The position numbers and the translations under genes were made by a program. From contig JAHELV010000004.1 of the NCBI GenBank assembly GCA_024644015.1, forward strand, positions 45,703 through 109,702: a stretch of 64,000 nt of DNA. The letters run 5' to 3'. The notes beneath the pieces are model-generated. The model was not told the DNA's origin. It saw only the letters and a program-made list of their open reading frames with translations, and did not search any database. The stretch comes from Nitriliruptorales bacterium (lineage in GTDB: Bacteria; Actinomycetota; Nitriliruptoria; Euzebyales; JAHELV01). Within the stretch, counting starts at the first letter, position 1. Each line of letters opens with the position of its first letter. Shown piece by piece: positions 1-8,432 of the stretch.

Positions 1-1
1 C

Positions 2-1222
2 TGTGAGGGGGAGATCGCCGGGTTCGGCGCGTCCGGGCGCAACGGCGCGTGGTGCTCGGCCGGCATCGGCATGTCCGCGTCCGGGCTCGCGCGACGCTAC
101 GACGCACACACGGCGCGAGCCGTCGTGGAGGTGATGCGCGACACCGTCGACGAGGTGGGCAGGGTGTGCGGGTCGGCCGGCATCGACGCGCACTTCCGCA
201 AAGGCGGGATGCTGCGCATCGCCCGTGGCAGGCACGAGGTGTCGGCGTTGCGGGACGCGGCCGACAGCTACCGCAGGCTCGGACTCGACAGCGGGCTGCG
301 CGAGCTGGGAGCCAGCGACGTGGCGACCCGGGTGCGTGTCGCGGGTTCGCACGGTGCGCTGTTCGACCCGAACTGCGCGACCGTCCACCCCGGTCACCTG
401 GTACGCGGGTTGGCCTCGGCCGTCGAACAACATGGCGCGCAACTGTACGAGCGCACGCCGGTCACCCGGATCGTGCCGGCGGGTCGCGGCCCAGACACCC
501 GCCCGGTCGTACACACCCGGCGCGGACGGCTGCACGCGACCACGGTCGTCATTGCCACCGAGGCATGGACGGCGCGGCTGTCGGGGCACCGCCGAACGCT
601 GCTGCCGGTCTACTCACTGATCGTGCTGACCGAGCCGCTGTCGCAGTCACAGTGGGACGCGATCGGCTGGCAGCGGCACGAGTGCCTCTCGTCGCACCGG
701 CTGACGGTCGACTATCTGTCGCGCACGGCCGACGGGCGGATCCTGCTCGGCGGTCGCGGCGCGCCGTATCACTACGGATCGCGCATCCGACCGCGCTTCG
801 ATCGCCACGGCGCCACCCACGCGCTGCTGCGCCAGATGCTGCGCTCGTGGTTCCCATCACTGTCCAACGTGGCCATCACGCACCAGTGGGGCGGACCGCT
901 GGGCGTGCCGCGCGACTGGCTGCCCAACTTCACCTATGACCCGGTGACCGGTCTCGCCGGCGCATGGGGATACACCGGGCAGGGGGTCGCCGCCAGCAAC
1001 CTGGCGGGCCGCACCCTCACCGATCTGCTCACCGGGCACGAGACGGCGTTGACGCGGCTGCCGATGGCCGGGCACCGCTCGCGGCGGTGGGAGCCCGAGC
1101 CGGTGCGCTGGCTGGGAGCCCGGTACGTCCAGCACGCGTTCGCGCGGACCGACCGCCGAGCCGAACGCACCGGCCGCCCGCCCCGTGGACGAAGCCTCGC
1201 CGAGCGGCTGATGCGGCACTGA
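2..1222 (+). CDS. FAD-dependent oxidoreductase (DAO/PuuB-like amine oxidoreductase), 5' end cut by the window edge
   Basis: The frame of ORF 71..1222 stays open back to nt 2 (CEGEIAGFGASGRNGAWCSAG...). Family-like C-terminal segments are present (HQWGGPLGVPRDW, GYTGQGVAASN). It sits next to a ureohydrolase. Confidence 0.75.
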   Translation, partial: CEGEIAGFGASGRNGAWCSAGIGMSASGLARRYDAHTARAVVEVMRDTVDEVGRVCGSAGIDAHFRKGGMLRIARGRHEVSALRDAADSYRRLGLDSGLRELGASDVATRVRVAGSHGALFDPNCATVHPGHLVRGLASAVEQHGAQLYERTPVTRIVPAGRGPDTRPVVHTRRGRLHATTVVIATEAWTARLSGHRRTLLPVYSLIVLTEPLSQSQWDAIGWQRHECLSSHRLTVDYLSRTADGRILLGGRGAPYHYGSRIRPRFDRHGATHALLRQMLRSWFPSLSNVAITHQWGGPLGVPRDWLPNFTYDPVTGLAGAWGYTGQGVAASNLAGRTLTDLLTGHETALTRLPMAGHRSRRWEPEPVRWLGARYVQHAFARTDRRAERTGRPPRGRSLAERLMRH

Positions 1223-1236
1223 GCCCGGACCATCTG

Positions 1237-2253
1237 ATGCCCGATCGGGACTGCAGTGAGAGGCAACGAGCAGTGGACCACGAACCATTCGGACCCGGCC
1301 GTGAGGCGTACCACGCGCACGGACCATTCGCCGGTGTGCCGGTGGCGCGCCCCGAGTCACTGCGGCCCGGGATGGTGGCGATTCTGGGCGCACCGTTCGA
1401 CTGGGGCGCAACCCACCGTCCAGGCGCCCGTTTCGGTCCCAGGGCGATCCGGGAGGGCGACTACCTCGACATGGACGGTTCCCGGCCACACCTGACGGCG
1501 CGCGTCGATCCATTACGTGCGCTGCCGGTCGTCGACATCGGTGATGTGTCGCTGATCCCCGGCTACACCGAGCGGTCACTCGGCGAGATCGAGCGCGTGG
1601 TCCGCGCGGTCGCCGAAGCAGGCGCGATCCCGATCGTCCTCGGCGGCGACCACACCATCACCTATCCGAGCGCGAGCGCCGTCGCCGACGTCGCCGGGGC
1701 CGGCGACATCGCCCTGATCCACTTCGACGCGCACGCTGACACCGCTGAGACGCACCACGGACAGCTGTACGGACACGGGACGCCCATGCGGCGGCTGATC
1801 GAGTCGGGGGCCGTGCCGGGACACCGGTTCGTCCAGATCGGGCTCCGCGGCTACTGGCCACCGCCGGACACGGTGGACTGGATGCGCGCACAGGGCATGC
1901 GCAGCTACTTCATGGCCGACATCACGAGTCGCGGCCTGCCCACCGTGGTCGACGAGGCGGTGGCCGCAGCGGTGGGCGACGGCGCGCGCGGCGTGTACGT
2001 CTCGATCGACATCGACGTGGTCGATCCCGGCATGGCGCCGGGCACGGGCACGCCAGAACCGGGCGGCATCAGCGGGCGGGAACTGCTCGACACGGTGCAA
2101 CGACTGGGTCGCGAGCTCGACGTGCTCGGAGCCGACCTCGTCGAGGTCGCGCCGCACTACGACCAGCCTGCGGACATCACGGCGCGGCTCGCCAACCGGG
2201 TGGTGCTCGAACTGCTGACGGGCATGGCGGTGCGCCGGCGACGTGTCGGCTGA
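1237..2253 (+). CDS. Agmatinase/guanidino-acid ureohydrolase (arginase family)
   Basis: C-terminal 338 aa of ORF 964..2253, taken from the ATG at 1237. Mn-binding family motifs are present: GGDHTITYP, IHFDAHADT, SIDIDVVDPGMAPGTGTPEPGG. Substrate specificity cannot be called from sequence alone. Confidence 0.85.
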   Translation: MPDRDCSERQRAVDHEPFGPGREAYHAHGPFAGVPVARPESLRPGMVAILGAPFDWGATHRPGARFGPRAIREGDYLDMDGSRPHLTARVDPLRALPVVDIGDVSLIPGYTERSLGEIERVVRAVAEAGAIPIVLGGDHTITYPSASAVADVAGAGDIALIHFDAHADTAETHHGQLYGHGTPMRRLIESGAVPGHRFVQIGLRGYWPPPDTVDWMRAQGMRSYFMADITSRGLPTVVDEAVAAAVGDGARGVYVSIDIDVVDPGMAPGTGTPEPGGISGRELLDTVQRLGRELDVLGADLVEVAPHYDQPADITARLANRVVLELLTGMAVRRRRVG

Positions 2254-2474
2254 GCAGCACGCGGGATCGGCGACGTCGTCGGGCACGACACAGGCCACCG
2301 GGTTGGGGCACGCTCGACGGCATGTCACACTAGCCGCAGCGCCGTCGCTGCAGCGGCCACGCGATCCGGTCGCACGGACGTCGTACACTGCCTCGCCGGC
2401 CACCACCGACGACTGCAAGAACACGCCAGAGAGGACGCGTCAGTGCCGCAGCGCCACCTGCACGGTTCACGGAT

Positions 2475-3596
2475 ATGAGACCCGCGAGCAGCCGACGCGC
2501 GACCGCGTCCCGGCGATGGGCGGCATGGACGGTCGTGTTGGGTCTGGTGGCAGCCGGGTGCGCCACCAACGGTCTACCGCAGAGCGCCATGGACCCAGCT
2601 GGACCCGTCGCGCGCACCGAGGACCAGCTGTGGGATCTGGTCTTCTGGATCGCCGTCGCCGTCTTCGTGCTGGTCCAGGGCCTGATCCTGTACGCGGTGT
2701 TCAAGTTCCGCGACCGCGGTGGCGACGACATCCCGAAACAGGTAGCCGGCAACACCCGGCTCGAGGTGATCTGGACCATCATCCCGACGCTGATCCTGGT
2801 CGGCATCGCGGTCCCGACAGTGCAGACGATCTTCGAGCTCGCCCGGGCGCCCGGCGACGAGGCGCTCGAAGTCCGTGTCGTCGGCAAACAGTACTGGTGG
2901 GCCTTCGAGTACCTGGGCGACGAGGGTCAGGGTGTGATCACGGCCACCGAGCTGCACATCCCGACCAACCGCCCGGTCGCGCTGCAGATGCAGGCCCTGT
3001 CGGCCACGCAGCCCGACCCCGGTCCCGACGCCGATCCCGCAGTCGGCGAGCCCGTCAGCAACGGTGTCATCCACAGCTTCTGGGTCCCGCGGCTGGCAGG
3101 CAAGCAGGACGCCGTCGCGGGCCACACCCGGCTACTGACGATCGAGGCCGACGAGCCGGGCACCTATCCCGGGCAGTGCGCGGAGTTCTGCGGACTGAGC
3201 CATGCGCGCATGCGCTTCTCCGTCATCGCGCACGAACCGGCTGAGTTCGAGCGGTGGATCGCCGATCAGGCCAAGCCCGCGCAGCCGGCCAATGATGGGC
3301 TCGTGGCGCAGGGCCAGGAGCTGTTCTCGTCCCAGCAGTGCATCTCCTGCCACGCGATCCAGGGCTACGAGGCCGCCGCCGGACAGGCAGCCGACGTCCG
3401 CATCGGGCCGAACCTCACGCACTTCGCGAGCCGCCAGACGTTCGCCGGAGGCTTCCTCGACGTCGACGATCCCGAGCAGCTGAAGGCCTGGCTGCGCGAC
3501 CCGCCGGGCATCAAGCCTGGCGCGCAGATGCCAAACCTGGGATTGTCCGACCAGCAGATCGAGGCTCTGAGCGCCTACCTGTACAGCTTGGAGTGA
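2475..3596 (+). CDS. ctaC: Cytochrome c oxidase subunit II with fused C-terminal cytochrome c domain (caa3-type)
   Basis: CuA site HSFWVP...CAEFCGLSHARM. C-terminal heme c motif CISCH with a distal Met (GAQMPNLG). N-terminal lipoprotein-like signal (LVAAGC). Confidence 0.9.
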   Translation: MRPASSRRATASRRWAAWTVVLGLVAAGCATNGLPQSAMDPAGPVARTEDQLWDLVFWIAVAVFVLVQGLILYAVFKFRDRGGDDIPKQVAGNTRLEVIWTIIPTLILVGIAVPTVQTIFELARAPGDEALEVRVVGKQYWWAFEYLGDEGQGVITATELHIPTNRPVALQMQALSATQPDPGPDADPAVGEPVSNGVIHSFWVPRLAGKQDAVAGHTRLLTIEADEPGTYPGQCAEFCGLSHARMRFSVIAHEPAEFERWIADQAKPAQPANDGLVAQGQELFSSQQCISCHAIQGYEAAAGQAADVRIGPNLTHFASRQTFAGGFLDVDDPEQLKAWLRDPPGIKPGAQMPNLGLSDQQIEALSAYLYSLE

Positions 3597-3644
3597 CGGG
3601 CATGATCGACGCGAGTGCGGCTGCTGAGAGACAGGGCGAGTGAC

Positions 3645-5591
3645 ATGACAGCGGTTCCTGCCGATTCCGCCAGCCAGGGTCTGCGGATCCTCAAGCGACC
3701 GAAGGCCGAGACGGGCCTGTGGAGCTGGGTGACCACGACCGATCACAAGAAGATCGGCGTGATGTACTTCCTGGCCACGATGTTCTTCTTCGTCGTCGCC
3801 GGCATCGAGGCGTTGCTGCTGCGCGTCCAGCTGGCGGTGCCCGACAACAACTTCCTGTCGCCCGACCTGTACAACCAGCTGTACACCATGCACGGCGTAA
3901 CCATGGTGTTCTTCGTCGGAATCCCGTTGGGTGCCGCGTTCTTCAACTACATCATGCCGCTGCAGATCGGCGCGCGGGACGTGGCGTTCCCACGACTGAA
4001 CGCGTTCAGCTTCTGGGTGTTCGTCGCCGCCGGCGTGTTCATGTACTCGGGCGTGCTGCTCAACGGACTGCCCAACGGCGGCTGGTTCAACTATGCGCCG
4101 TTGTCCACCACCGTCGGTCCTGACCCATCGGGATACACGCTTGGTGGCGGGTCTGCCGAACTGGCAAGCCAGGTCCACATGGGGCGCATGCTGTTGTACT
4201 CGGTCGGTCTACAGATCGCCGGCATCGCCACGCTGGCCGCGGCTGTCAACTTCATCGTGACGATCCTGAACATGCGCGCGCCAGGCATGACGCTGATGCG
4301 CATGCCGATCTTCGTGTGGATGACCCTGATCGTCGCGTTCCTGCTGCTGTTCGCGCTGCCGGTCATCGGCATCGCGCTGTGGCAACTGCTGTTCGACGTC
4401 CGCTTCGGTGCGGGCTTCTTCAACCCGTCAGTCGGCGGCGACCCCATGCTGTGGGAGCACATGTTCTGGCTGTTCGGCCATCCGGAGGTCTACATCCTGA
4501 TCCTGCCTGCGTTCGGGATCATCTCGGAGATCATCCCGACGTTCTCGCGCAAGCCCATCTTCGGGTACACAGCCATGGTGTTCGCCGGGATCGCCATTGG
4601 TTTCCTGGGTTGGGGCGTGTGGGCGCACCACATGTTCGCCACAGGCATGGGACCGGTCGCCAACACCGCCTTCGGGCTGACCACGATGACCATCGCGGTG
4701 CCGACCGGGGTCAAGATCTTCAACTGGATCGGCACCATGTGGGGTGGCAAGCTGCGCCTCACCACCCCGATGCTGTTCGCGATCGGGACCGTCGCGATGT
4801 TCACGATCGGCGGGCTGTCAGGCGTCACGCACGCGGTCGTGCCCACGAACTACCAGCAGACCGACAGCTACTACGTCGTCGCACACTTCCACTACGTCCT
4901 GTTCGGCGGCCTGGTGTTCGGCGCGATCGGCGGGTTCTACTACTGGTACCCGAAGGTCACGGGCCGGCTGATGAACGAGACACTCGGCAAGATCAACTTC
5001 TGGACGCTGATCGTCGGATTCAACCTCACCTTCGGTTTGATGCACTTCCTTGGATTGTGGGGGATGCCGCGGCGCATCGACACGTACGCGTCCGGCTTCG
5101 GCTGGGACACACTGAACCTGATCATCACCGTCGGCGCGTTCATCATCGCCGGGTCGATCCTGCTGCTGGTCATCAACATGGCAGTCTCGGTACGGCGTGG
5201 GAAGCTCGCCGGTGACGATCCGTGGGACGCGCGAACGCTCGAATGGATGACCTCGTCGCCCCCGAAGCACTACAACTTCCGTGAGATCCCACAGATCAGC
5301 GCCCGCGACGAGTTGTGGCACCGCAAGCACGCAGTGACGGAGGACGGCGCCTACATCCGCGTACCGGCCGGCGGTGCGGGACTCGTGGTCGACCACGACC
5401 ACGAGTCAGACATCCACATGCCGGATCCGTCGTTCTACCCGGCGTTGTCCGCCGTCGGCATGCCGATCATGGGGTGGGCCCTGTTCACCAGCGGGGCGGC
5501 GATGATCGTCATGCTGGCGGTCGGCAGCATCATCACGGTCGGCTCACTGTTCGCCTGGGCGTTCGAGCCCAGCGCCGAGGAAGGTCACTAG
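3645..5591 (+). CDS. ctaD: Cytochrome c oxidase subunit I with ~90-aa two-helix C-terminal extension
   Basis: TTTDHKKIGVMYF, WFFGHPEVYILILPAFG and HHMF motifs. ATG at 3645; an alternative GTG lies at 3615. The extra tail begins around HMPDPSFYP. Confidence 0.9.
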   Translation: MTAVPADSASQGLRILKRPKAETGLWSWVTTTDHKKIGVMYFLATMFFFVVAGIEALLLRVQLAVPDNNFLSPDLYNQLYTMHGVTMVFFVGIPLGAAFFNYIMPLQIGARDVAFPRLNAFSFWVFVAAGVFMYSGVLLNGLPNGGWFNYAPLSTTVGPDPSGYTLGGGSAELASQVHMGRMLLYSVGLQIAGIATLAAAVNFIVTILNMRAPGMTLMRMPIFVWMTLIVAFLLLFALPVIGIALWQLLFDVRFGAGFFNPSVGGDPMLWEHMFWLFGHPEVYILILPAFGIISEIIPTFSRKPIFGYTAMVFAGIAIGFLGWGVWAHHMFATGMGPVANTAFGLTTMTIAVPTGVKIFNWIGTMWGGKLRLTTPMLFAIGTVAMFTIGGLSGVTHAVVPTNYQQTDSYYVVAHFHYVLFGGLVFGAIGGFYYWYPKVTGRLMNETLGKINFWTLIVGFNLTFGLMHFLGLWGMPRRIDTYASGFGWDTLNLIITVGAFIIAGSILLLVINMAVSVRRGKLAGDDPWDARTLEWMTSSPPKHYNFREIPQISARDELWHRKHAVTEDGAYIRVPAGGAGLVVDHDHESDIHMPDPSFYPALSAVGMPIMGWALFTSGAAMIVMLAVGSIITVGSLFAWAFEPSAEEGH

Positions 5592-5594
5592 CGC

Positions 5595-6254
5595 ATGGCA
5601 GACACGGCCTCGAGCAGCGCCGGCGGTACTCCGGCCGCCGTCACCACCGCGGAGGCGAGCCGAGAGGTTCACTCGACCAGCCTCGGATTGTCCAACGAGA
5701 AGCTGGCGATGTGGACCCTCCTGGGATCCGAGTGCCTGTTCTTCGGCGCACTGATCTCGGCGTACCTGGTCTACTACGGCCGCTACAACGGGCTGCCCGA
5801 GATCTCGCCGGCGCTGTTCGACATCCCCTTCACGTCGGTGAGCACCTTCGTCCTGCTCATGTCGTCGCTCGGAATGGTGCTGGCGCTGGCGGCGATCCAG
5901 CGGGGCGACGACCGCGACTTTCGCATCTGGATCCTCGCGACCGCAATGATGGGCACGGTGTTCCTGTCCGGGCAGATCTACGAGTTCACCGTCTTCGTCA
6001 ACGAGGGCATGCGGTTGGACACCAGCCCGTTCGCGGCCTCGTTCTACGTGCTGACCGGCTTCCACGGCATCCACGTGACAGTCGGCGTGCTGATGCTCAT
6101 CACCCTGTGGTCACGGTCGATGACCGGCAACCTGACGTCCGAGCACTCCGACGTCGTGGAGAACATCGGCCTGTACTGGCACTTCGTCGACATCGTCTGG
6201 ATCGTCATCTTCACGGCCATCTATCTGATCCCGTACGAGCAGGCGAGGCTGTAG
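5595..6254 (+). CDS. ctaE: Cytochrome c oxidase subunit III
   Basis: 219-aa polytopic protein with the family pattern FYVLTGFHGIHV...GLYWHFVDIVWI. It starts 3 nt after the ctaD stop. Confidence 0.9.
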   Translation: MADTASSSAGGTPAAVTTAEASREVHSTSLGLSNEKLAMWTLLGSECLFFGALISAYLVYYGRYNGLPEISPALFDIPFTSVSTFVLLMSSLGMVLALAAIQRGDDRDFRIWILATAMMGTVFLSGQIYEFTVFVNEGMRLDTSPFAASFYVLTGFHGIHVTVGVLMLITLWSRSMTGNLTSEHSDVVENIGLYWHFVDIVWIVIFTAIYLIPYEQARL

Positions 6255-6277
6255 CACCTCGAGAGGAGAGCGACGCT

Positions 6278-6595
6278 GTGACCGAAGCCGACGATCCGGA
6301 GCACACAGATCATCCCGACAGTTCGCAGTACATCGTCATCGGCATCATCCTGGCGGTGTTCACCGCCATCGAGGTCGCAATCTCGTTCTCGGCGGTGCCG
6401 ACCGAAGTCGCCATCCCCTCACTGATCGTCCTGACGGTGCTGAAGTTCCTGCTGGTCATCCTCTGGTTCATGCACCTGCGCTTCGACAGCGGGTGGTATC
6501 GAAGGCTGTTCGCATTCGGGCTCGCCGTGGCGTTGGCGATCTACGCCGCGACCATCAGTTTGATGCTCTACGCGGGCAGCAACCGGCCCGCCTGA
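6278..6595 (+). CDS. ctaF: Small cytochrome oxidase subunit IV (CyoD/Bacillus CtaF-like, 3 TM helices)
   Basis: GTG at 6278, 7 nt after GAGAGGAGAG. 105 aa with three hydrophobic helices and the LKFLLVILWFMHL motif typical of this family. This is the last part of track ORF 5315..6595. Confidence 0.75.
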   Translation: MTEADDPEHTDHPDSSQYIVIGIILAVFTAIEVAISFSAVPTEVAIPSLIVLTVLKFLLVILWFMHLRFDSGWYRRLFAFGLAVALAIYAATISLMLYAGSNRPA

Positions 6596-6667
6596 TTCCA
6601 CCTGCGCACATCCCCGCCCGAGGCGTCGAGCAGACGCGGTTGGGCCCACTGACAGCGAAAGAGCACC

Positions 6668-7360
6668 ATGCGCGACGAACTCCGCGAACGCTTCTTCACC
6701 CCCTTCGTGCTGCCGCTCGCAGTGCTCGGCGTGATGCTGCTGATCGGTATCAGCCTTTCGCGCATCCTGATGGCAGTGCCGGCGCTCGCCGCATCGTTCA
6801 TCGCGCTGCTGGCCGCCGGCTACATCCTGGCGATGGCGTTCGTCATCGAGTCGCGCAAGCGCATCGGGGCCCGGGCGCTGGGCGTGGCGATGGCGGTCGG
6901 GCTGATCGGCCTCCTGGCGGCCGGCGCCGTAGCGGGCGCGGCCGGCATGCGCCCACTGGCCGAGGAGCACGGTGGCGACGGCGGTGAGGGCGCCGGTGGC
7001 GGTGAAGTGGCCGTCACCGAACCGGTGTTCGTCGCGATCGACATTGCCTACGAGTCTGCGCCGGATGTGCTGCCCACCGGCAGCGTCGATGTGCGGCTGG
7101 TCAACAACGGGGCCATCGTCCACAACGTCGTGATCGAGGAGCTCAACGACGAGGTGATCCTCGAAGCGGACGGCGGCGGGACCGACCAGAACACCGTCGA
7201 GTTCGACGCCGGTGAGTACACCTACTTCTGTGACATCCCGGGACACCGCGAAGCCGGGATGGAGGGCACGTTGACGGTCTCGGACTCGGCGGCGGCACCG
7301 TCGGGTGACGGCGCCGGTGCCACATCCGAGCAGGCTAGCGTCGGAGCGAGCGAGGGCTGA
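6668..7360 (+). CDS. Membrane-anchored type-1 (blue) copper protein, cupredoxin domain
   Basis: N-terminal multi-helix anchor, Gly/Glu-rich linker, then a C-terminal cupredoxin. Candidate ligands are H in AIVHNVV plus C-x4-H-x4-M in YFCDIPGHREAGM. Confidence 0.75.
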   Translation: MRDELRERFFTPFVLPLAVLGVMLLIGISLSRILMAVPALAASFIALLAAGYILAMAFVIESRKRIGARALGVAMAVGLIGLLAAGAVAGAAGMRPLAEEHGGDGGEGAGGGEVAVTEPVFVAIDIAYESAPDVLPTGSVDVRLVNNGAIVHNVVIEELNDEVILEADGGGTDQNTVEFDAGEYTYFCDIPGHREAGMEGTLTVSDSAAAPSGDGAGATSEQASVGASEG

Positions 7361-7364
7361 GCGA

Positions 7365-8324
7365 ATGCCAGCGGCCAGCGCGGGCGCCCTCGACGACTGG
7401 TTCGCGCGGCGGACGTTCGCGACCTCCGACATCGACCTCGACGAACTCGTCGCGCGCAAGCACGCGACCGGTCTGACTGTCAGCCTGGTCCTGCCGGCCC
7501 GCAATGAGGCCCAGACCGTCGTCGCGGTGATAGACGCCGGCCGGTCTCTTGTGGGGCGGCTGATCGACGAGATCGTCGTGATCGACGGAGCATCCACCGA
7601 CGGCACCGCCGAGCTGGCCACCCGCGCCGGTGCGATCGTCTATACCGACACGCAGATCATGAGCGACTTCGGCCGGTCGCGCGGCAAAGGCGACGCGCTG
7701 TGGCGCTCGCTGCGCGTGACGTCGGGCGACATCGTGGCGTTCGTCGACACAGACATCCGTAACCCCGACCCACGGTTCATGTGGGGCGTCGTCGCTCCCC
7801 TACTACTCGACGACGGCATCGACTTCGTCAAGGCGTTCTACGACCGGCCGATCGAGGCCGGCGGTGTGCTCCTGCCCAGTGGCGGAGGTCGTGTGACCGA
7901 GTTGATGGCCCGCCCACTGCTCAACCTGTTCTGGCCCGCGGTCGCCGGCATGGTCCAGCCGCTGTCCGGTGAGTACGCGGGCCGCCGCGAGGTGCTCGAG
8001 CAGGTGCCGTTCTTCACCGGCTACGGCGTGGAGATCGGATTGCTGCTCGACATCCTGGCCACGCGCGGCGCGGACGCGATCGCGCAGATCGACGTCGGCA
8101 CACGCGTACACCGCAACCAGGATCTGCACAGCCTGTCACGCATGGCGTTCGCAGTGGCCCAGGTCGCGATGGGCCGACTGGCCGCCGCCGAGCGTGCACG
8201 GTTCCGCGACGCGTTCGAGACCCGCTACGTCCAGTTCGGCCGCGACGAGCACGGCCGGATCACGCTGGCGACGACGGAGGTCAGCGGCATCGAGCGCCCA
8301 CCCATGTCATCGCTCACCGAGTGA
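7365..8324 (+). CDS. gpgS: Glucosyl-3-phosphoglycerate synthase (GT81)
   Basis: LVLPARNEAQTV, IVVIDGASTDGT, VDTDIRNPDPRF, GGRVTELMARPLLNLFWP, LSGEYAGRREVL. ATG at 7365, just after the preceding stop. Confidence 0.85.
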   Translation: MPAASAGALDDWFARRTFATSDIDLDELVARKHATGLTVSLVLPARNEAQTVVAVIDAGRSLVGRLIDEIVVIDGASTDGTAELATRAGAIVYTDTQIMSDFGRSRGKGDALWRSLRVTSGDIVAFVDTDIRNPDPRFMWGVVAPLLLDDGIDFVKAFYDRPIEAGGVLLPSGGGRVTELMARPLLNLFWPAVAGMVQPLSGEYAGRREVLEQVPFFTGYGVEIGLLLDILATRGADAIAQIDVGTRVHRNQDLHSLSRMAFAVAQVAMGRLAAAERARFRDAFETRYVQFGRDEHGRITLATTEVSGIERPPMSSLTE

Positions 8325-8432
8325 TGTGCGCAGAGCAGCGGCCGCCATGGTTGCGATCCAGGCAGGATCGCCGCCCAACGCGGGTCCGACGAGAGGTCCT
8401 CGCGGAGCGCGTGTGGACCACGGCTCGGATCG

